Notes under the pieces: generated by a model | Database searches by the model: none | The model's input: the letters and a program-made list of their open reading frames with translations, nothing else | What the model was told of the DNA's origin: nothing | Source: Candidatus Levyibacteriota bacterium | Lineage (GTDB): Bacteria; Patescibacteriota; Microgenomatia; Levybacterales; UBA12049 | Direction of reading: 5' to 3' | Assembly (NCBI GenBank): GCA_041906785.1 | Contig: JAYRIM010000017.1 | Coordinates: forward strand, 210 to 64,209 | Length of the DNA: 64,000 nucleotides | In this document: positions 27,825 through 38,019 of the stretch, piece by piece | Layout: each line of letters opens with the position of its first letter | Numbering within the stretch: position 1 is the first letter of the stretch | Position numbers and translations under genes: made by a program

Positions 27825-28373
27825 AATTTGTAGTAATTCTTCTTCCTTTTGTTTCCCCATACCATCAATCTCTGCCATAGCTTCATCGATAAGTTTCTGT
27901 ACTTCTTTTTCCAATCGTTTCTCGTCATCTTCAGGTAATTCCATTTTCTTTACGTCTTCAAGACTTTTATGACGCGCTTGACGAACCATTACTTTTCCAT
28001 TCTCCAGCTTATGTTGCATTAATTTTATAAGTTCTTGACGTCGTTCCTGAGATAACGGTGGAATACTTATACGAATAACATGCCCATCAACAGTAGGATT
28101 CATGCCAGTATTCGCTTCCTGAATCCCCTTTCTCATTTCTTCTATGATTGATTGATCAAAAGGAGTAATTACCAGAGTCTGAGGATCACTCGCTCCGACT
28201 GTCGCTAATTCCATTATTTTTAATCTTGTAGAACCGCCATACACACTAACAACAATATTTTCTACTAAAGCTGGGGTCGCGCGTCCTGTACGAATTGTTC
28301 CTAAATCGCCTTTTAAAAGATCGAGGATTTTCTGAACTTGCTGTTTTACTTCATGTTGTACTTTCTGGTCCAT
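27822..28373 (-). CDS. frr: Ribosome recycling factor
   Basis: Full-length RRF (183 aa) with conserved arginines (RTGRATPAL). Confidence 0.95.
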   Translation of the reverse strand: MDQKVQHEVKQQVQKILDLLKGDLGTIRTGRATPALVENIVVSVYGGSTRLKIMELATVGASDPQTLVITPFDQSIIEEMRKGIQEANTGMNPTVDGHVIRISIPPLSQERRQELIKLMQHKLENGKVMVRQARHKSLEDVKKMELPEDDEKRLEKEVQKLIDEAMAEIDGMGKQKEEELLQI

Positions 28374-28406
28374 AACTTTATATTAACACAAGAAACGTAA
28401 TAAAGG

Positions 28407-28507
28407 TTGCGGGTGACGCGAAGTGAAGTTATACAGGAGCGCAGCTCGTTGAAGCTTTGCTTCCCTAGAACGAGCACTGTATAACGAACGAGCGGCAGGA
28501 CCCGCAA
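28407..28507. repeat. Roughly 100-nt perfectly nested multi-stem hairpin in the tsf-frr spacer, where pyrH normally sits
   Basis: Nested pairs are ttgcgggt/acccgcaa, gttatacag/ctgtataac, gctcgtt/aacgagc and gaagc-ttt-gcttc. The central GAAGCTTT core is shared with the 21075 and 25966 elements. Confidence 0.55.
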
Positions 28508-28515
28508 TCAAATAT

Positions 28516-29007
28516 TTACTCTCCAATCGCAAATCTCTGGAAACGTTTAACAGCAATATTCTCTCCTAATTTCCCAATAACACCTTTAATAACATCTTGA
28601 ATCGTTTGAGAAGGCTCTCGAATATATTCTTGTTTTAACAATGCTTCGACATTCTCAGGATTCATTGCAGCAATCTGCATACCTATTTCTTTCGCCAAAT
28701 GTTTAAATTCATCTGTTCGAGCGACGAAGTCCGTTTCACAAGAAATCTCTACGAGAACGCCAACTTTTCCTCCACCATGTATATATGATTCAATCAATCC
28801 TTGACCGGTCGTTCTATCTGCTTTCTTCTCTGCAATAGCAGCAGCTCGTTTTTTAAGCCATTCTAAAGCTTTTTTATAATCTCCTTCTGATTCTTCTAAT
28901 GCGCGTCTACAATCAGCGATAGAAGCAGATGTTTCTTCACGAAGTTTTTTTAATGTCTGTAAATCGTAGTTTGCCATACTTTGTATATAGAAAATGGCGA
29001 ATGGCAA
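28516..29007 (-). CDS. tsf: Elongation factor Ts (short form)
   Basis: N-terminal UBA-like LKKLREETSASIADCRRAL, then TDFVARTDEF. Confidence 0.9.
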   Translation of the reverse strand: MPFAIFYIQSMANYDLQTLKKLREETSASIADCRRALEESEGDYKKALEWLKKRAAAIAEKKADRTTGQGLIESYIHGGGKVGVLVEISCETDFVARTDEFKHLAKEIGMQIAAMNPENVEALLKQEYIREPSQTIQDVIKGVIGKLGENIAVKRFQRFAIGE

Positions 29008-29031
29008 ATAGAAACTATTCGCTATTATCTA

Positions 29032-29892
29032 TTAGCTATTCGCTTTTTTTGTGGTTGTCTTTTCTGCCTTTTTCTCTTCAGTCTTTTCTGTCTCCTTTTT
29101 CGCTTTTCCCTTTGATACTTTTGATACCTCTGATACTTTTCCCTCTTCTTCTTTCTTCGCCTCTGGCTCCTCCGTCCCTTTCGCTGCCTTCTTCTTTCCT
29201 TCAATCCATGCATCGACAATATATGATGTAATCAATTTAATACTCCCAGCCGCATCGTCATTTGCTGGAATTGGATATGTAATAGGATCTGGATCTGCAT
29301 TTGTATCAACCATTCCAACAACTGGAATGCTCATTGCATTCGCTTCTCTAACAGCTAAATCCTCCATATGAGTATCAATGATAAAAAGAACATCTGGCAT
29401 CTTCGCCATATCTTGCGTACCGCCATAATAGATATTCAATTTTTGTTTTTCTTTCTCCCATAGTGAAACTTCTTTTTTCGTATATTTCGCTTTTTCAGTG
29501 TCATTTTGCAAACGTTGTGTTAAATCTTTTAATTTTTTATAGTTTTTAAGCACTTCGCCAGCATTTGTTAATGTACCGCCTATCCATCGTGCGGTAACTG
29601 TATATATATTATTTACTCCTTCATCTTGTGCACGTTTCAATTCCTCTTTCACAACAATTGCAGCTTGGCGTTTCGTTCCTAAAAGAAGAATCGTACTTTC
29701 TGGTTTTTCAGCAATTTCCTTAATAAAAGCAGCAGCCTTCTCTAAGCCTTCTTTTGTTTTCTCAAGGTCAATAATGTGGATATTATCACGGGCCTCAAAT
29801 ACGAAATCACGAGATTTCGGATTCTGTCGTGTTACTTGGTGACCAAAATGGCAACCAGCTTCAAGAAGTTCTTCAAGTGTTATTGTTCTCAT
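29032..29892 (-). CDS. rpsB: 30S ribosomal protein uS2 with a K/E-rich C-terminal tail
   Basis: GCHFGHQ, and LLLGTKRQA. The tail is encoded by tandem gatacttttgatac repeats. Confidence 0.95.
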   Translation of the reverse strand: MRTITLEELLEAGCHFGHQVTRQNPKSRDFVFEARDNIHIIDLEKTKEGLEKAAAFIKEIAEKPESTILLLGTKRQAAIVVKEELKRAQDEGVNNIYTVTARWIGGTLTNAGEVLKNYKKLKDLTQRLQNDTEKAKYTKKEVSLWEKEKQKLNIYYGGTQDMAKMPDVLFIIDTHMEDLAVREANAMSIPVVGMVDTNADPDPITYPIPANDDAAGSIKLITSYIVDAWIEGKKKAAKGTEEPEAKKEEEGKVSEVSKVSKGKAKKETEKTEEKKAEKTTTKKANS

Positions 29893-30041
29893 ATGTTCCT
29901 TCTTCGGCTCGCCGTATCCCGACTCAATCAGGAGTAGGCGGCTCCCTCCATCTGAAAATCCAACTTTAATAAGTCAGGAACAAGTATCAGATGTGTGTGA
30001 TTCGAGCATTATACACTACTCAGAAGCTTCCATGCAATAGT

Positions 30042-30428
30042 TTATGCAGCTTTTCGGTCTTCCGTCTCTGATTCCACGTCTTCTGTAATCCATGGATCAA
30101 CTCGTTCGATATAACCACCTTGTGGCCCATTGTTTTTAAAGCGAATGAGCTTCACTTTCGCCCCTGCTTCTATTTGCTCTTTCCATCGCTCTATAGCAAA
30201 ATCACTAAATCCTTGTGCGCGTAATGCAGCTTCTGACTGGGGTTTGAATTTCTGAACAGTAGCTTGTGTTTGTTCACGGATTGATTCAGCTTTTTTTGCT
30301 CCTCTATGAGGGAATTGTTTTTCAACAGCCTTTGTCTCTTTTATTGTTAAAGGTTTTCTCTCAGACTTAGTAGTAACTACTTTAGATGAATGCTCTGTTA
30401 TTATTTCTCCTTCACCCATGAAAGTCAC
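30042..30428 (-). CDS. Hypothetical protein (128 aa)
   Basis: Sits between glyA and rpsB. No recognisable motif. Confidence 0.4.
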   Translation of the reverse strand: MTFMGEGEIITEHSSKVVTTKSERKPLTIKETKAVEKQFPHRGAKKAESIREQTQATVQKFKPQSEAALRAQGFSDFAIERWKEQIEAGAKVKLIRFKNNGPQGGYIERVDPWITEDVESETEDRKAA

Positions 30429-30453
30429 CTCCTTTCGATTAATTAAAAGATTT

Positions 30454-31716
30454 CTATTTAATTCCTGGTACTGGAAACTGAAGAGAAAACGTCTTTACTT
30501 CTTTCGCAACTTTTTTTAATTCTTTCTCACTATCTTTACTCATGAGTGCTTTATCGATTAATGCAGCAACCGTTTCCATATCCCTTACTTTCATGCCACG
30601 TGTCGTAATAGCTGGGGTACCTAAGCGAATCCCTGAAGGATCAAGAGGTTTTCTCGGATCAAAAGGAATCATATTTTTATTAATCGATATACCAACTTGC
30701 TCTAAAACATGTTCTCCTTGTTTACCAGTAATTTCCTTACTGCCATAAAGATCAACCAGCATTAAGTGATTATCTGTCCCACCTGAAATGATTCTATATC
30801 CTCTTTTTTCTAATGCCTGTGCCAATGCTTGTGCATTCTTTATTACCTGAGCAGCATATTTCTTAAAAGATGGTTTTAATGCCTCACCAAAAGAGACAGC
30901 TTTCGCAGCATTAATATGGTCATGAGGTCCCCCTTGCACTCCTGGAAAAACAGCTTTCGCTATAGCAGGACCGAACTGTTCTTTCGCCATGATCATCGCA
31001 CCACGTGGACCACGTAGTGTCTTATGAGTTGTAGTTGAAACAACATCAAAATACGGAACTGGACTTTCTAATTGTCCTCCAGCTATTAAGCCAGCAATAT
31101 GAGCAATGTCTGCAAAAGTATATGCACCTATCTTATCCGCTATCTTTTTAAAGCGCTTCCAATCCATATTCCTACTGTATGCAGAAAACCCTGCAAGAAT
31201 CATTTTCGGTTTTTCTTTTAATGCGATTTTTTCAACTTCATCCATGTCGATAATCTCAGTTTTCTTATCAGCAAAATATGGAATTATTGTGTAAAGAATT
31301 CCTGAGAAGTTAAGTGGATGACCATGTGATAAATGTCCTCCTTGATCGAGAGAAAAACCTAACACTTTATCACCAGGTTTTAAAAGGGCCATATAAACCG
31401 CTAGATTCGCTGGGCTTCCTGACAGAGGCTGAACATTTACGTATTCAGCGCCAAAAAGTTTTTTCGCCCGTTCAATAGCGAGAGACTCTGCTTCATCTAT
31501 TACTTGATTTCCACCATAATATCGTTTTCCGGGATAACCTTCTGAATATTTGTTTGTTAAAACAGTACCCATTGCTTCTAAAACTGCTGGAGATACATAA
31601 TTTTCTGAAGCGATGAGTTCAATTCCTTCTTTTTGTCGTTTTTCTTCTGCTTTTACAATCGCGTATAACCGAGGATCTTCTTTTTTGAGGTACATCATTG
31701 TAGAGTACAATAGCAA
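30454..31716 (-). CDS. glyA: Serine hydroxymethyltransferase
   Basis: PLP lysine motif TTHKTLRGPRG, and ELIASEN. Confidence 0.95.
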   Translation of the reverse strand: MLLYSTMMYLKKEDPRLYAIVKAEEKRQKEGIELIASENYVSPAVLEAMGTVLTNKYSEGYPGKRYYGGNQVIDEAESLAIERAKKLFGAEYVNVQPLSGSPANLAVYMALLKPGDKVLGFSLDQGGHLSHGHPLNFSGILYTIIPYFADKKTEIIDMDEVEKIALKEKPKMILAGFSAYSRNMDWKRFKKIADKIGAYTFADIAHIAGLIAGGQLESPVPYFDVVSTTTHKTLRGPRGAMIMAKEQFGPAIAKAVFPGVQGGPHDHINAAKAVSFGEALKPSFKKYAAQVIKNAQALAQALEKRGYRIISGGTDNHLMLVDLYGSKEITGKQGEHVLEQVGISINKNMIPFDPRKPLDPSGIRLGTPAITTRGMKVRDMETVAALIDKALMSKDSEKELKKVAKEVKTFSLQFPVPGIK

Positions 31717-31740
31717 ATGTATTTTAAGAATTCAATAGGG

Positions 31741-31850
31741 TAACCCAGGGAAGGGAAAGAAGAGACAGATGAGCCAAATGGGTCAAAGGTCATATTATAG
31801 TTTGCTTATCACCTTTGTCTCCTCTGGCTCCTTGGTTCCTTTTGACTCTT
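31741..31850 (-). repeat. Second copy of the 9-nt-periodic hairpin element, in the glyA 5' leader
   Basis: gagacagatgagccaaatgg ... cacctttgtctcctctggctccttggttcc. Shares the tggctccttggt and tctcctctgg words with 12940-12975. Confidence 0.5.
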
Positions 31851-31854
31851 CGAT

Positions 31855-32910
31855 TTATCTATACCTCATGTGCGGAGTACCTTCGAGGTGTGCTGCTTGC
31901 GAAACATGATTGAAAATAGCTTTTCCCTGGAATTCCTTAATCGTTCTCGCACCTGCATAACTCATGCTGCTTCGTAGTCCACCGGATAATTCTGCTAGCA
32001 CTTCTGATACAGGACCTTTCTCTTTAATTGGAACTTCTACTCCTTCAGCAGCACGAAATTCATTTACTTGGGTTTTATTGTCTTTCATGTAGCTTGCACT
32101 AGCTTGTCCACGATAAACCAAGTTTCCTTTTTCGTCTCTTATCTTTGGAGCTTCAGCAGTCCCTGCGAAGAGAGACCCAATCATGACTAAATCTGCTCCA
32201 GCAGCGATTGCTTTCGCTACATCTTTCGGACCTTTTATTCCTCCATCTGCGATGACAAACAAGCCGCTGGCAACTGTATCGAACACTGCAGCTAACTGAG
32301 GCACTCCTACTCCAGCTACTTCACGAGTTATACAAACAGCGCCACCGCCAACACCGACTCGAGCGAAGCGTAATCCGAGTGACTTATATGACATTGCTTG
32401 TGTATATGTCGCGATATTTCCTGTAATCACATATAAATCGAGTTTCTCCTTAATTTCTACTGCAGTTTGTTTTACTTTCTCCATTCCTCCATGAGCCACA
32501 TCAAGAAGAATCATTTTCGCACCTTTCTTTTTCAACATCTCTGCATCATGTAGTGCATTTTTCATTCCGATTGCATAAAGACAAGGAACATCGTCTGCTG
32601 ATAAACGCGCACAAATTTCTAGTGAAGTATCCATTTCGCCCGCACGTGCACGAGGTAAACAGCCTATCCCACCCTCTTTTGCTAAAGCTCGAATGAGCTC
32701 TTCACTACCGACGGTATCCATGGGTGCGTTAATAATTGGAAGTGTTAATTTGTATGGACCAAATTGTACTGAAGTATCTATTTCTTTACGGGAACTGACA
32801 TCACTATCTTGAGTGATCAATGTTACGTCATCGTAGGTAATAGAAGAAGCAGTTGGCAGTTTTTCCCACGGTATTGTTTTTCCTAATCCTTGATAAAATA
32901 AACGAGACAT
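31855..32910 (-). CDS. guaB: IMP dehydrogenase / GMP reductase family protein (no CBS pair)
   Basis: TIM-barrel motifs ([10 protein letters not shown]), catalytic Cys loop ([11 protein letters not shown]), and GQASASYM. 351 aa, which is GuaC/IMPDH-delta-CBS-like. Confidence 0.75.
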   Translation of the reverse strand: MSRLFYQGLGKTIPWEKLPTASSITYDDVTLITQDSDVSSRKEIDTSVQFGPYKLTLPIINAPMDTVGSEELIRALAKEGGIGCLPRARAGEMDTSLEICARLSADDVPCLYAIGMKNALHDAEMLKKKGAKMILLDVAHGGMEKVKQTAVEIKEKLDLYVITGNIATYTQAMSYKSLGLRFARVGVGGGAVCITREVAGVGVPQLAAVFDTVASGLFVIADGGIKGPKDVAKAIAAGADLVMIGSLFAGTAEAPKIRDEKGNLVYRGQASASYMKDNKTQVNEFRAAEGVEVPIKEKGPVSEVLAELSGGLRSSMSYAGARTIKEFQGKAIFNHVSQAAHLEGTPHMRYR

Positions 32911-32981
32911 AGAGAAGTCCCGTAATTTAGTATAGAGAATTCATTAAGCAAAAAGCAAGAGTGAATGTGATTTTGCTCACA

Positions 32982-33569
32982 TTACTGAAAAGCTAGATAC
33001 TTCTTCATCTTTTTCTCAAAATCTTCAAACGAATAGTAATATTCTGCCTTAATGCCAAACTTTCTTGCTGCTTTTACATTCTCTTTAAAATCATCCCAAA
33101 AAATCACTTCATCTTTATCTAATTTCTGATCATCAATGATATACTGAAAAAACTTGTGATCTGGTTTCAAATGGCCTATATGTCCTGAACCATAAAATTT
33201 ATGAACGACTTTCCCAAGCCCCACCACATCCCGAAGATATTCTGTTCTATATTTCTCATTATTTGTACCCACATAAATGGTAATTCCTTTTTTTCTAAGT
33301 TTTTCTATATATGAAAGTAATTCCTGATTTAATTCTCGTTCTCCTTCAAACCATTCTTTTAAAAGTTCATCAACACTACCTTCCCAACCCCATTCATGCA
33401 TATATTTTGGAAGCTCTTCTTTCAAATCAGCTTTTCCGACCAAACATTCTTGAAATACCCCCTCAAAAAACTTCTTCATCACATCTTCAGACAAACCGAG
33501 CCGTTTACTGAAATATTCCTTCCGAAAAACTAACACTCCATCTGCATCAAAAATAATTGTTTTTATCAT
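32982..33569 (-). CDS. HAD-superfamily hydrolase
   Basis: Motif I IIFDADGVLV. Motif IV at about WDDF. Confidence 0.8.
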   Translation of the reverse strand: MIKTIIFDADGVLVFRKEYFSKRLGLSEDVMKKFFEGVFQECLVGKADLKEELPKYMHEWGWEGSVDELLKEWFEGERELNQELLSYIEKLRKKGITIYVGTNNEKYRTEYLRDVVGLGKVVHKFYGSGHIGHLKPDHKFFQYIIDDQKLDKDEVIFWDDFKENVKAARKFGIKAEYYYSFEDFEKKMKKYLAFQ

Positions 33570-33582
33570 AAATAAGTATTAT

Positions 33583-33604
33583 GTAGTAAGTAGTATGTAT
33601 TATG
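33583..33604. repeat. Left inverted repeat of four-helix-bundle cassette 2 (gtagtaagtagtatgtattatg), built from 7-nt AGTAKTW words
   Basis: Near-perfect 22-nt reverse complement of 33973-33994 (cataatacatactacttactac). Confidence 0.75.
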
Positions 33605-33968
33605 AATTATTTTTTAAACTTTTTAGTAATCCATTAATAAGTTTACTTACTAAAATAGTTCTCTCAGCCAATTCCTGGAATTTTTCATTTGAGATATACT
33701 CTAAATCTCGAGCAATTAAGAGCTGGTTCTGTAGTTCTGTTAATGATCCTAAAGCCATATAAAGAAACTGCGCTTTTTCTTTTTTCGTTTGTCGTGAAAA
33801 CCCTTCTGCGATATTACTTGTTATAGAAATAACACAGCGACGCATTTGGTCTACTAAGCCGAACTTCTCATAATTTGGAAAAGTAAATAATATCTTATGA
33901 ACTTCAAGCACTATTTTGTGTCCTTCCTTCCAAGCATTCAGATCTGTAAACGATCTTATTTTATTCAT
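33600..33968 (-). CDS. Four-helix-bundle protein (TIGR02436 family), copy 2
   Basis: DQMRRCVISITSNIAEG hallmark. Confidence 0.85.
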   Translation of the reverse strand: MNKIRSFTDLNAWKEGHKIVLEVHKILFTFPNYEKFGLVDQMRRCVISITSNIAEGFSRQTKKEKAQFLYMALGSLTELQNQLLIARDLEYISNEKFQELAERTILVSKLINGLLKSLKNNS

Positions 33969-33972
33969 ACTA

Positions 33973-33994
33973 CATAATACATACTACTTACTAC
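33973..33994. repeat. Right inverted repeat of four-helix-bundle cassette 2; overlaps the last codons and stop of the downstream HIT gene
   Basis: See 33583-33604. Confidence 0.75.
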
Positions 33995-34445
33995 TAAAGT
34001 ATTTCTTCAATCTATCAGCATACACTTTCCTCTCCTCTGGTGTCGTGGAGATTTTATGCAATATATTTCCGTACAAATCGTCATTTTCATACCGTGGAAA
34101 GACATGCATATGATAATGAAATGCATGTTGATTACCTGCGGGTTCGTTATGCTGCGCTGTAGATATTCCATCACACATATATGCCTCTTTCAAAGCAAAA
34201 GCAACTTTTTTCACTGCATCATAAATATGATGACCAATCTCGTTTGGCAGATCATAGATGTTTTCGAAGTGCTGATTCGGAACGATAATGACATGTCCAA
34301 GATTATTTTTAATGAAAAAAGATGAGATAAACGCGGTAACCCACTGATTGGCGTAAACAATATCAGATCGTTTAATCAATGTTTGTGGAATTTCTAAACC
34401 TGCAACAGCAGGACAAATCGGACATTTGTATCCTTGTTCATTCAT
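33984..34445 (-). CDS. HIT family protein (second paralog, Cys-containing N-terminus)
   Basis: HYHMHVFPR histidine triad. CPICPA N-terminus. Confidence 0.8.
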   Translation of the reverse strand: MNEQGYKCPICPAVAGLEIPQTLIKRSDIVYANQWVTAFISSFFIKNNLGHVIIVPNQHFENIYDLPNEIGHHIYDAVKKVAFALKEAYMCDGISTAQHNEPAGNQHAFHYHMHVFPRYENDDLYGNILHKISTTPEERKVYADRLKKYFSSK

Positions 34446-34860
34446 GGATTTTCTTTTTCAACATTTTTTGAGCTTTTTCTTTTAATAGTCCATGCACTTC
34501 CGCAATATTAGTATATTGATAAAAACTAAAGTCTTTACCTGTCATACCTTTTACCATATTTGAAACTTTTGCATCCTTTTGAGCAATTGCTAATATAGGT
34601 TTCCTTAAAGCGAAAGCGACACCTAGTTCTACCCCTAACCCAGTTGAAGGATATGTACATTCTGCTAAAAATAAATCACATTTCTTAACGCAGTTTATAT
34701 CGAAATTAAAAACTTCCTGTGGGTCCATCGTTAAACCAGCTAAACCAACAAAATCGAGGATTTTATACTCATTTCTGAGAGAATTTTTAAAAGATTCAAC
34801 ATTATCACGAAATTCTTGTGTAGCATGGAGTAATGAACAGCCAACGTATATTTTAATCAT
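34438..34860 (-). CDS. Nucleoside 2-deoxyribosyltransferase-like Rossmann protein
   Basis: IYVGCSL...FLAEC...GVELGVAF pattern typical of the NDT/YtoQ flavodoxin-like family. Low confidence. Confidence 0.4.
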   Translation of the reverse strand: MIKIYVGCSLLHATQEFRDNVESFKNSLRNEYKILDFVGLAGLTMDPQEVFNFDINCVKKCDLFLAECTYPSTGLGVELGVAFALRKPILAIAQKDAKVSNMVKGMTGKDFSFYQYTNIAEVHGLLKEKAQKMLKKKIHE

Positions 34861-36662
34861 TTTGATTCAAGGGCTCGCAATTTTTTATCTATTTTCTTTT
34901 CAGATTCCCGACGGGAAAGAGAATAATCGTTCCAATCTGTCATTAATACTTGGAATAATGCAGGCGTTGCCTCTGTTGCTGCGTGAGCAATATGCTGGCA
35001 AACTTCACGATAATGCGGTCGTCCTTGCGGTCCAGTTCGTAATTCAACCATCCAATAAATTTCTCTCGCCGTCATAGTGATATACCAATGCTGTAAGTAC
35101 GCATTCGCTACTGCGTACTGGGCGATATATGGAGAAATTTTTGCCAATTTTTTAAAGACTTTTTCCGACTGTTCAAATGCTTTTTCTATATCGCGGAGAA
35201 ATGGAGATTTTCTCACTTCTTTTTCTAAATCATAACCCCAAACGACAGTAAATGGTTGTCTTTCTTGTGTAAGCTGTCTATGTCGATGCAGATCTCTATA
35301 ATCTCCTCCCCTCGCCCATAGTTCAAAGGTATAATGCGAGTTTTCAAATGCTCGTGGCACTTTTCTGAATCGGACTTCTTGGCGAGGAGCATCTTCGTTA
35401 CCAAATTTCCTTTCTTTTAGAAGATCATGCAGTAATTCTTTACGCTTACGAACTCCAAGTTTCTTTACATATTTTTTAATCTCTACAAGGGATGCGCCTT
35501 CAATACCTGAAAATATATAAGATGATAAAACATCAATGTCTGCATCTGGATTATAGGAAACCAATTTTACCCATTTTGACGACTTAGAAACAGTTTTAAC
35601 AGGATACACTTTTTTTACAAGTTCCTCTCGGAAAGCTTGAATATTTCTTCGATATAATTGCATTTGTGCACCACGTGGAGTCTTCGGGCGTCGGACGAAT
35701 GATGGCACAACTTTTTCAAGTTCATTTGCCATGAGTTGTCCCCACCATCGAATTTCACCTAACGGATGACATAATAATCTATTGATAAGATCTTCAAACG
35801 CTCTTCCATTTCCGAAAAGTGCGAAACTTGTTTGCGTAGACATCGGTAAAAGATCTCGAATATCATCAAAACGCTTTGCACTTCTTGAATTCTCGAACGA
35901 ACGATCGGTCTCATCATTACCTTTCGGATACAATTCTTTAATATAATCTACATATGGACCTGAGATAGATGAGTACATCTGGAATAATGTATCCATTGCT
36001 TTTTTATATTCTATTTCGACTGGTGTTCCTTTTATTTCACCTGGAATAAGATACTGAAATTCTCCATCTGGTCGTTTATCCCAGAACTGGACATAACGCG
36101 TCGATTTTTCTAGAGGTGAGATTCCTACTCTTTTATCTTCTATCTCTTTTGTTAATACCAACGATCCACCTTCGATACATAAATGAATACCCCCCATTTC
36201 AGCTATCGAATCATCACCATATTGAGCTAGCCAGGTATCGAAAAATTTCCTACCACGTTGGAGGTTCACTACTGCATCGATACCCTCCCCTTTATTCAAT
36301 CGATCAATAACGCTATTAAATAAATCTCGTGTCTTTATAGCTTCCTTTCGTTCACGTTCTGATAAATCTGACCAATTTTTTTGTAGTTCTGGTTTTACAA
36401 TTGGATCAATGTATTCTTTTAAAAACAACCGTCTCAGACTTTGTGTAGCCCGACTATATCGAGATGAAAGAGCACCAATGACCTCTTCAGGAAGATGCTG
36501 GGCGACGAACAGAGGTTTATCAACATTACTAAAAAAAGGTTTTAAATAGTTAACTTCTTCTTTTGTAAATTTTTCTGGCGTGTAAGGAATCGCAAATCGG
36601 GAAAGATTTTCTTCAGAAGGAAGTGTCTCGAAAGTATACTGACGTTTTAATTTACTTGCCAT
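34857..36662 (-). CDS. thyX: Flavin-dependent thymidylate synthase ThyX, long two-domain form (601 aa)
   Basis: ThyX RHRxxxxxxxS/Q signature (LHRHRQLTQERQ) in the C-terminal domain. A degenerate copy (SSRYSRATQS) sits in the N-terminal domain. Confidence 0.75.
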   Translation of the reverse strand: MASKLKRQYTFETLPSEENLSRFAIPYTPEKFTKEEVNYLKPFFSNVDKPLFVAQHLPEEVIGALSSRYSRATQSLRRLFLKEYIDPIVKPELQKNWSDLSERERKEAIKTRDLFNSVIDRLNKGEGIDAVVNLQRGRKFFDTWLAQYGDDSIAEMGGIHLCIEGGSLVLTKEIEDKRVGISPLEKSTRYVQFWDKRPDGEFQYLIPGEIKGTPVEIEYKKAMDTLFQMYSSISGPYVDYIKELYPKGNDETDRSFENSRSAKRFDDIRDLLPMSTQTSFALFGNGRAFEDLINRLLCHPLGEIRWWGQLMANELEKVVPSFVRRPKTPRGAQMQLYRRNIQAFREELVKKVYPVKTVSKSSKWVKLVSYNPDADIDVLSSYIFSGIEGASLVEIKKYVKKLGVRKRKELLHDLLKERKFGNEDAPRQEVRFRKVPRAFENSHYTFELWARGGDYRDLHRHRQLTQERQPFTVVWGYDLEKEVRKSPFLRDIEKAFEQSEKVFKKLAKISPYIAQYAVANAYLQHWYITMTAREIYWMVELRTGPQGRPHYREVCQHIAHAATEATPALFQVLMTDWNDYSLSRRESEKKIDKKLRALESK

Positions 36663-36715
36663 GATAATCTGTTCTATATTACCAAAATTATTACGAACGT
36701 CAATAGAGATTCATA

Positions 36716-37408
36716 TTGATTCTTATAGTTCAGTATGTTATAAAGCCAACAAGATATATGTTTAAGATCGAAAAACTAGATTTTCTCATCGCATTCTATA
36801 TTTTTTGTATTGTAACTTCAGAACTGATGGGAGGAAAAACATTTCCATTATTAAACATTGGTAATTTTAAATTAAATGCAAATGTTGCTATTTTCCTTTT
36901 TCCATTTATTTTTACTATCAATGACATAATCACAGAGGTATATGGAAAAGAACGAACAAGAAGTCTTATACGATCAGGATTAGTGATAGTCACATTCCTT
37001 TTTCTTTTTACTATTCTTGCAACAAATCTACCAGCTTCAGGAAGGTTTGTAAAAACAGAAGGTGCATATGATGCTGTTTTTGGACTTTCTACACGTATCG
37101 CAGCTGCAAGTCTTACGGCATTTGCCTTAGCCGAATTTTTTGATGTTTTTATTTTTATTAAACTTCGTCAAAAATTTGGTAAAAAAGCATTATGGTTCAG
37201 AAATAATATATCTAATTTTATTTCACAGTTTTTAGATACTACAATATTTATGACTCTGGCATTCTATGCTCTTGATAAATCTTTCTCAAACAATATATCC
37301 TTTCTTAGTAGCCTTATCCTTCCATATTGGTTATTAAAATGTTTTATGTCTGTTATAGAAACTCCTTTCGTGTATATTGGAGTTAAATGGCTGAGAAGTA
37401 ACAAGTGA
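36716..37408 (+). CDS. yhhQ: YhhQ/DUF165 family queuosine-precursor transporter
   Basis: TINDIITEVYG motif. 6 TM segments. Confidence 0.7.
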   Translation: MILIVQYVIKPTRYMFKIEKLDFLIAFYIFCIVTSELMGGKTFPLLNIGNFKLNANVAIFLFPFIFTINDIITEVYGKERTRSLIRSGLVIVTFLFLFTILATNLPASGRFVKTEGAYDAVFGLSTRIAAASLTAFALAEFFDVFIFIKLRQKFGKKALWFRNNISNFISQFLDTTIFMTLAFYALDKSFSNNISFLSSLILPYWLLKCFMSVIETPFVYIGVKWLRSNK

Positions 37409-37485
37409 TTTAAGATAATAAGAATTACGATTTAAGAATAAACGCTAATTTCTTTCATAAATCTTAAATCATAAATCGTAAATCT

Positions 37486-38019
37486 ATGTTTATAAACCTC
37501 GCAATGGTCAGTTCGGTAGATGGAAAGATAACGAAAGGATCTATGTCTGATATCGCCGACTGGACTTCTGAAGAAGATAAAGAACATTTCGCTAGTTTAA
37601 TTAAAAAAAATGATCTTATCATTATGGGTAAAAACACGTATATTGCAGCAAAACCAATCATGAAGTTAACACCAAAAAAACTTCGCATAGTTATAACCAG
37701 TAAGCCTGAACAATACGCGAAAGAAACTATTCCGAACCAATTAGAGTTTACATCAGATTCACCTAACAAATTGATTAAAAAACTCGAAAAAAGAGGCTAC
37801 AAAAAAGCTCTTCTTGTCGGTGGAAGCCACACAAATGCAGCATTCTTGAAAAAAAATCTCGTCGATAAATTACTTCTCACAGTGGAACCGAAACTTTTTG
37901 CTGCTGGAAAACCGCTTATCGCAGAAGAAAATCTCAATATTAATCTTCAACTGAAACAAGGAAAAAAGTTAAATGCTAGAGGAACGCTACTGCTCACTTA
38001 CGATATCGTCAAGTCGTAA
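37486..38019 (+). CDS. Dihydrofolate reductase-like protein (RibD C-terminal domain family)
   Basis: MVSSVDGKITKGS, then IMGKNTY, then LLVGGSHTNAAF. Confidence 0.75.
   Translation: MFINLAMVSSVDGKITKGSMSDIADWTSEEDKEHFASLIKKNDLIIMGKNTYIAAKPIMKLTPKKLRIVITSKPEQYAKETIPNQLEFTSDSPNKLIKKLEKRGYKKALLVGGSHTNAAFLKKNLVDKLLLTVEPKLFAAGKPLIAEENLNINLQLKQGKKLNARGTLLLTYDIVKS

Noticed and set aside
29025-29219. 64-aa K/R-rich ORF on the minus strand (MSMHGLKERRRQRKGRR...)
   Set aside because: It is an out-of-frame overlap of the rpsB K/E-rich tail coding region. Its low-complexity composition is an artefact of the tandem repeat.
36663-36757. preQ1 riboswitch upstream of yhhQ
   Set aside because: YhhQ genes are often preQ1-controlled. 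However, the 90-nt leader is AT-rich with no P1 stem followed by an A-rich tail matching preQ1-I or preQ1-II consensus.
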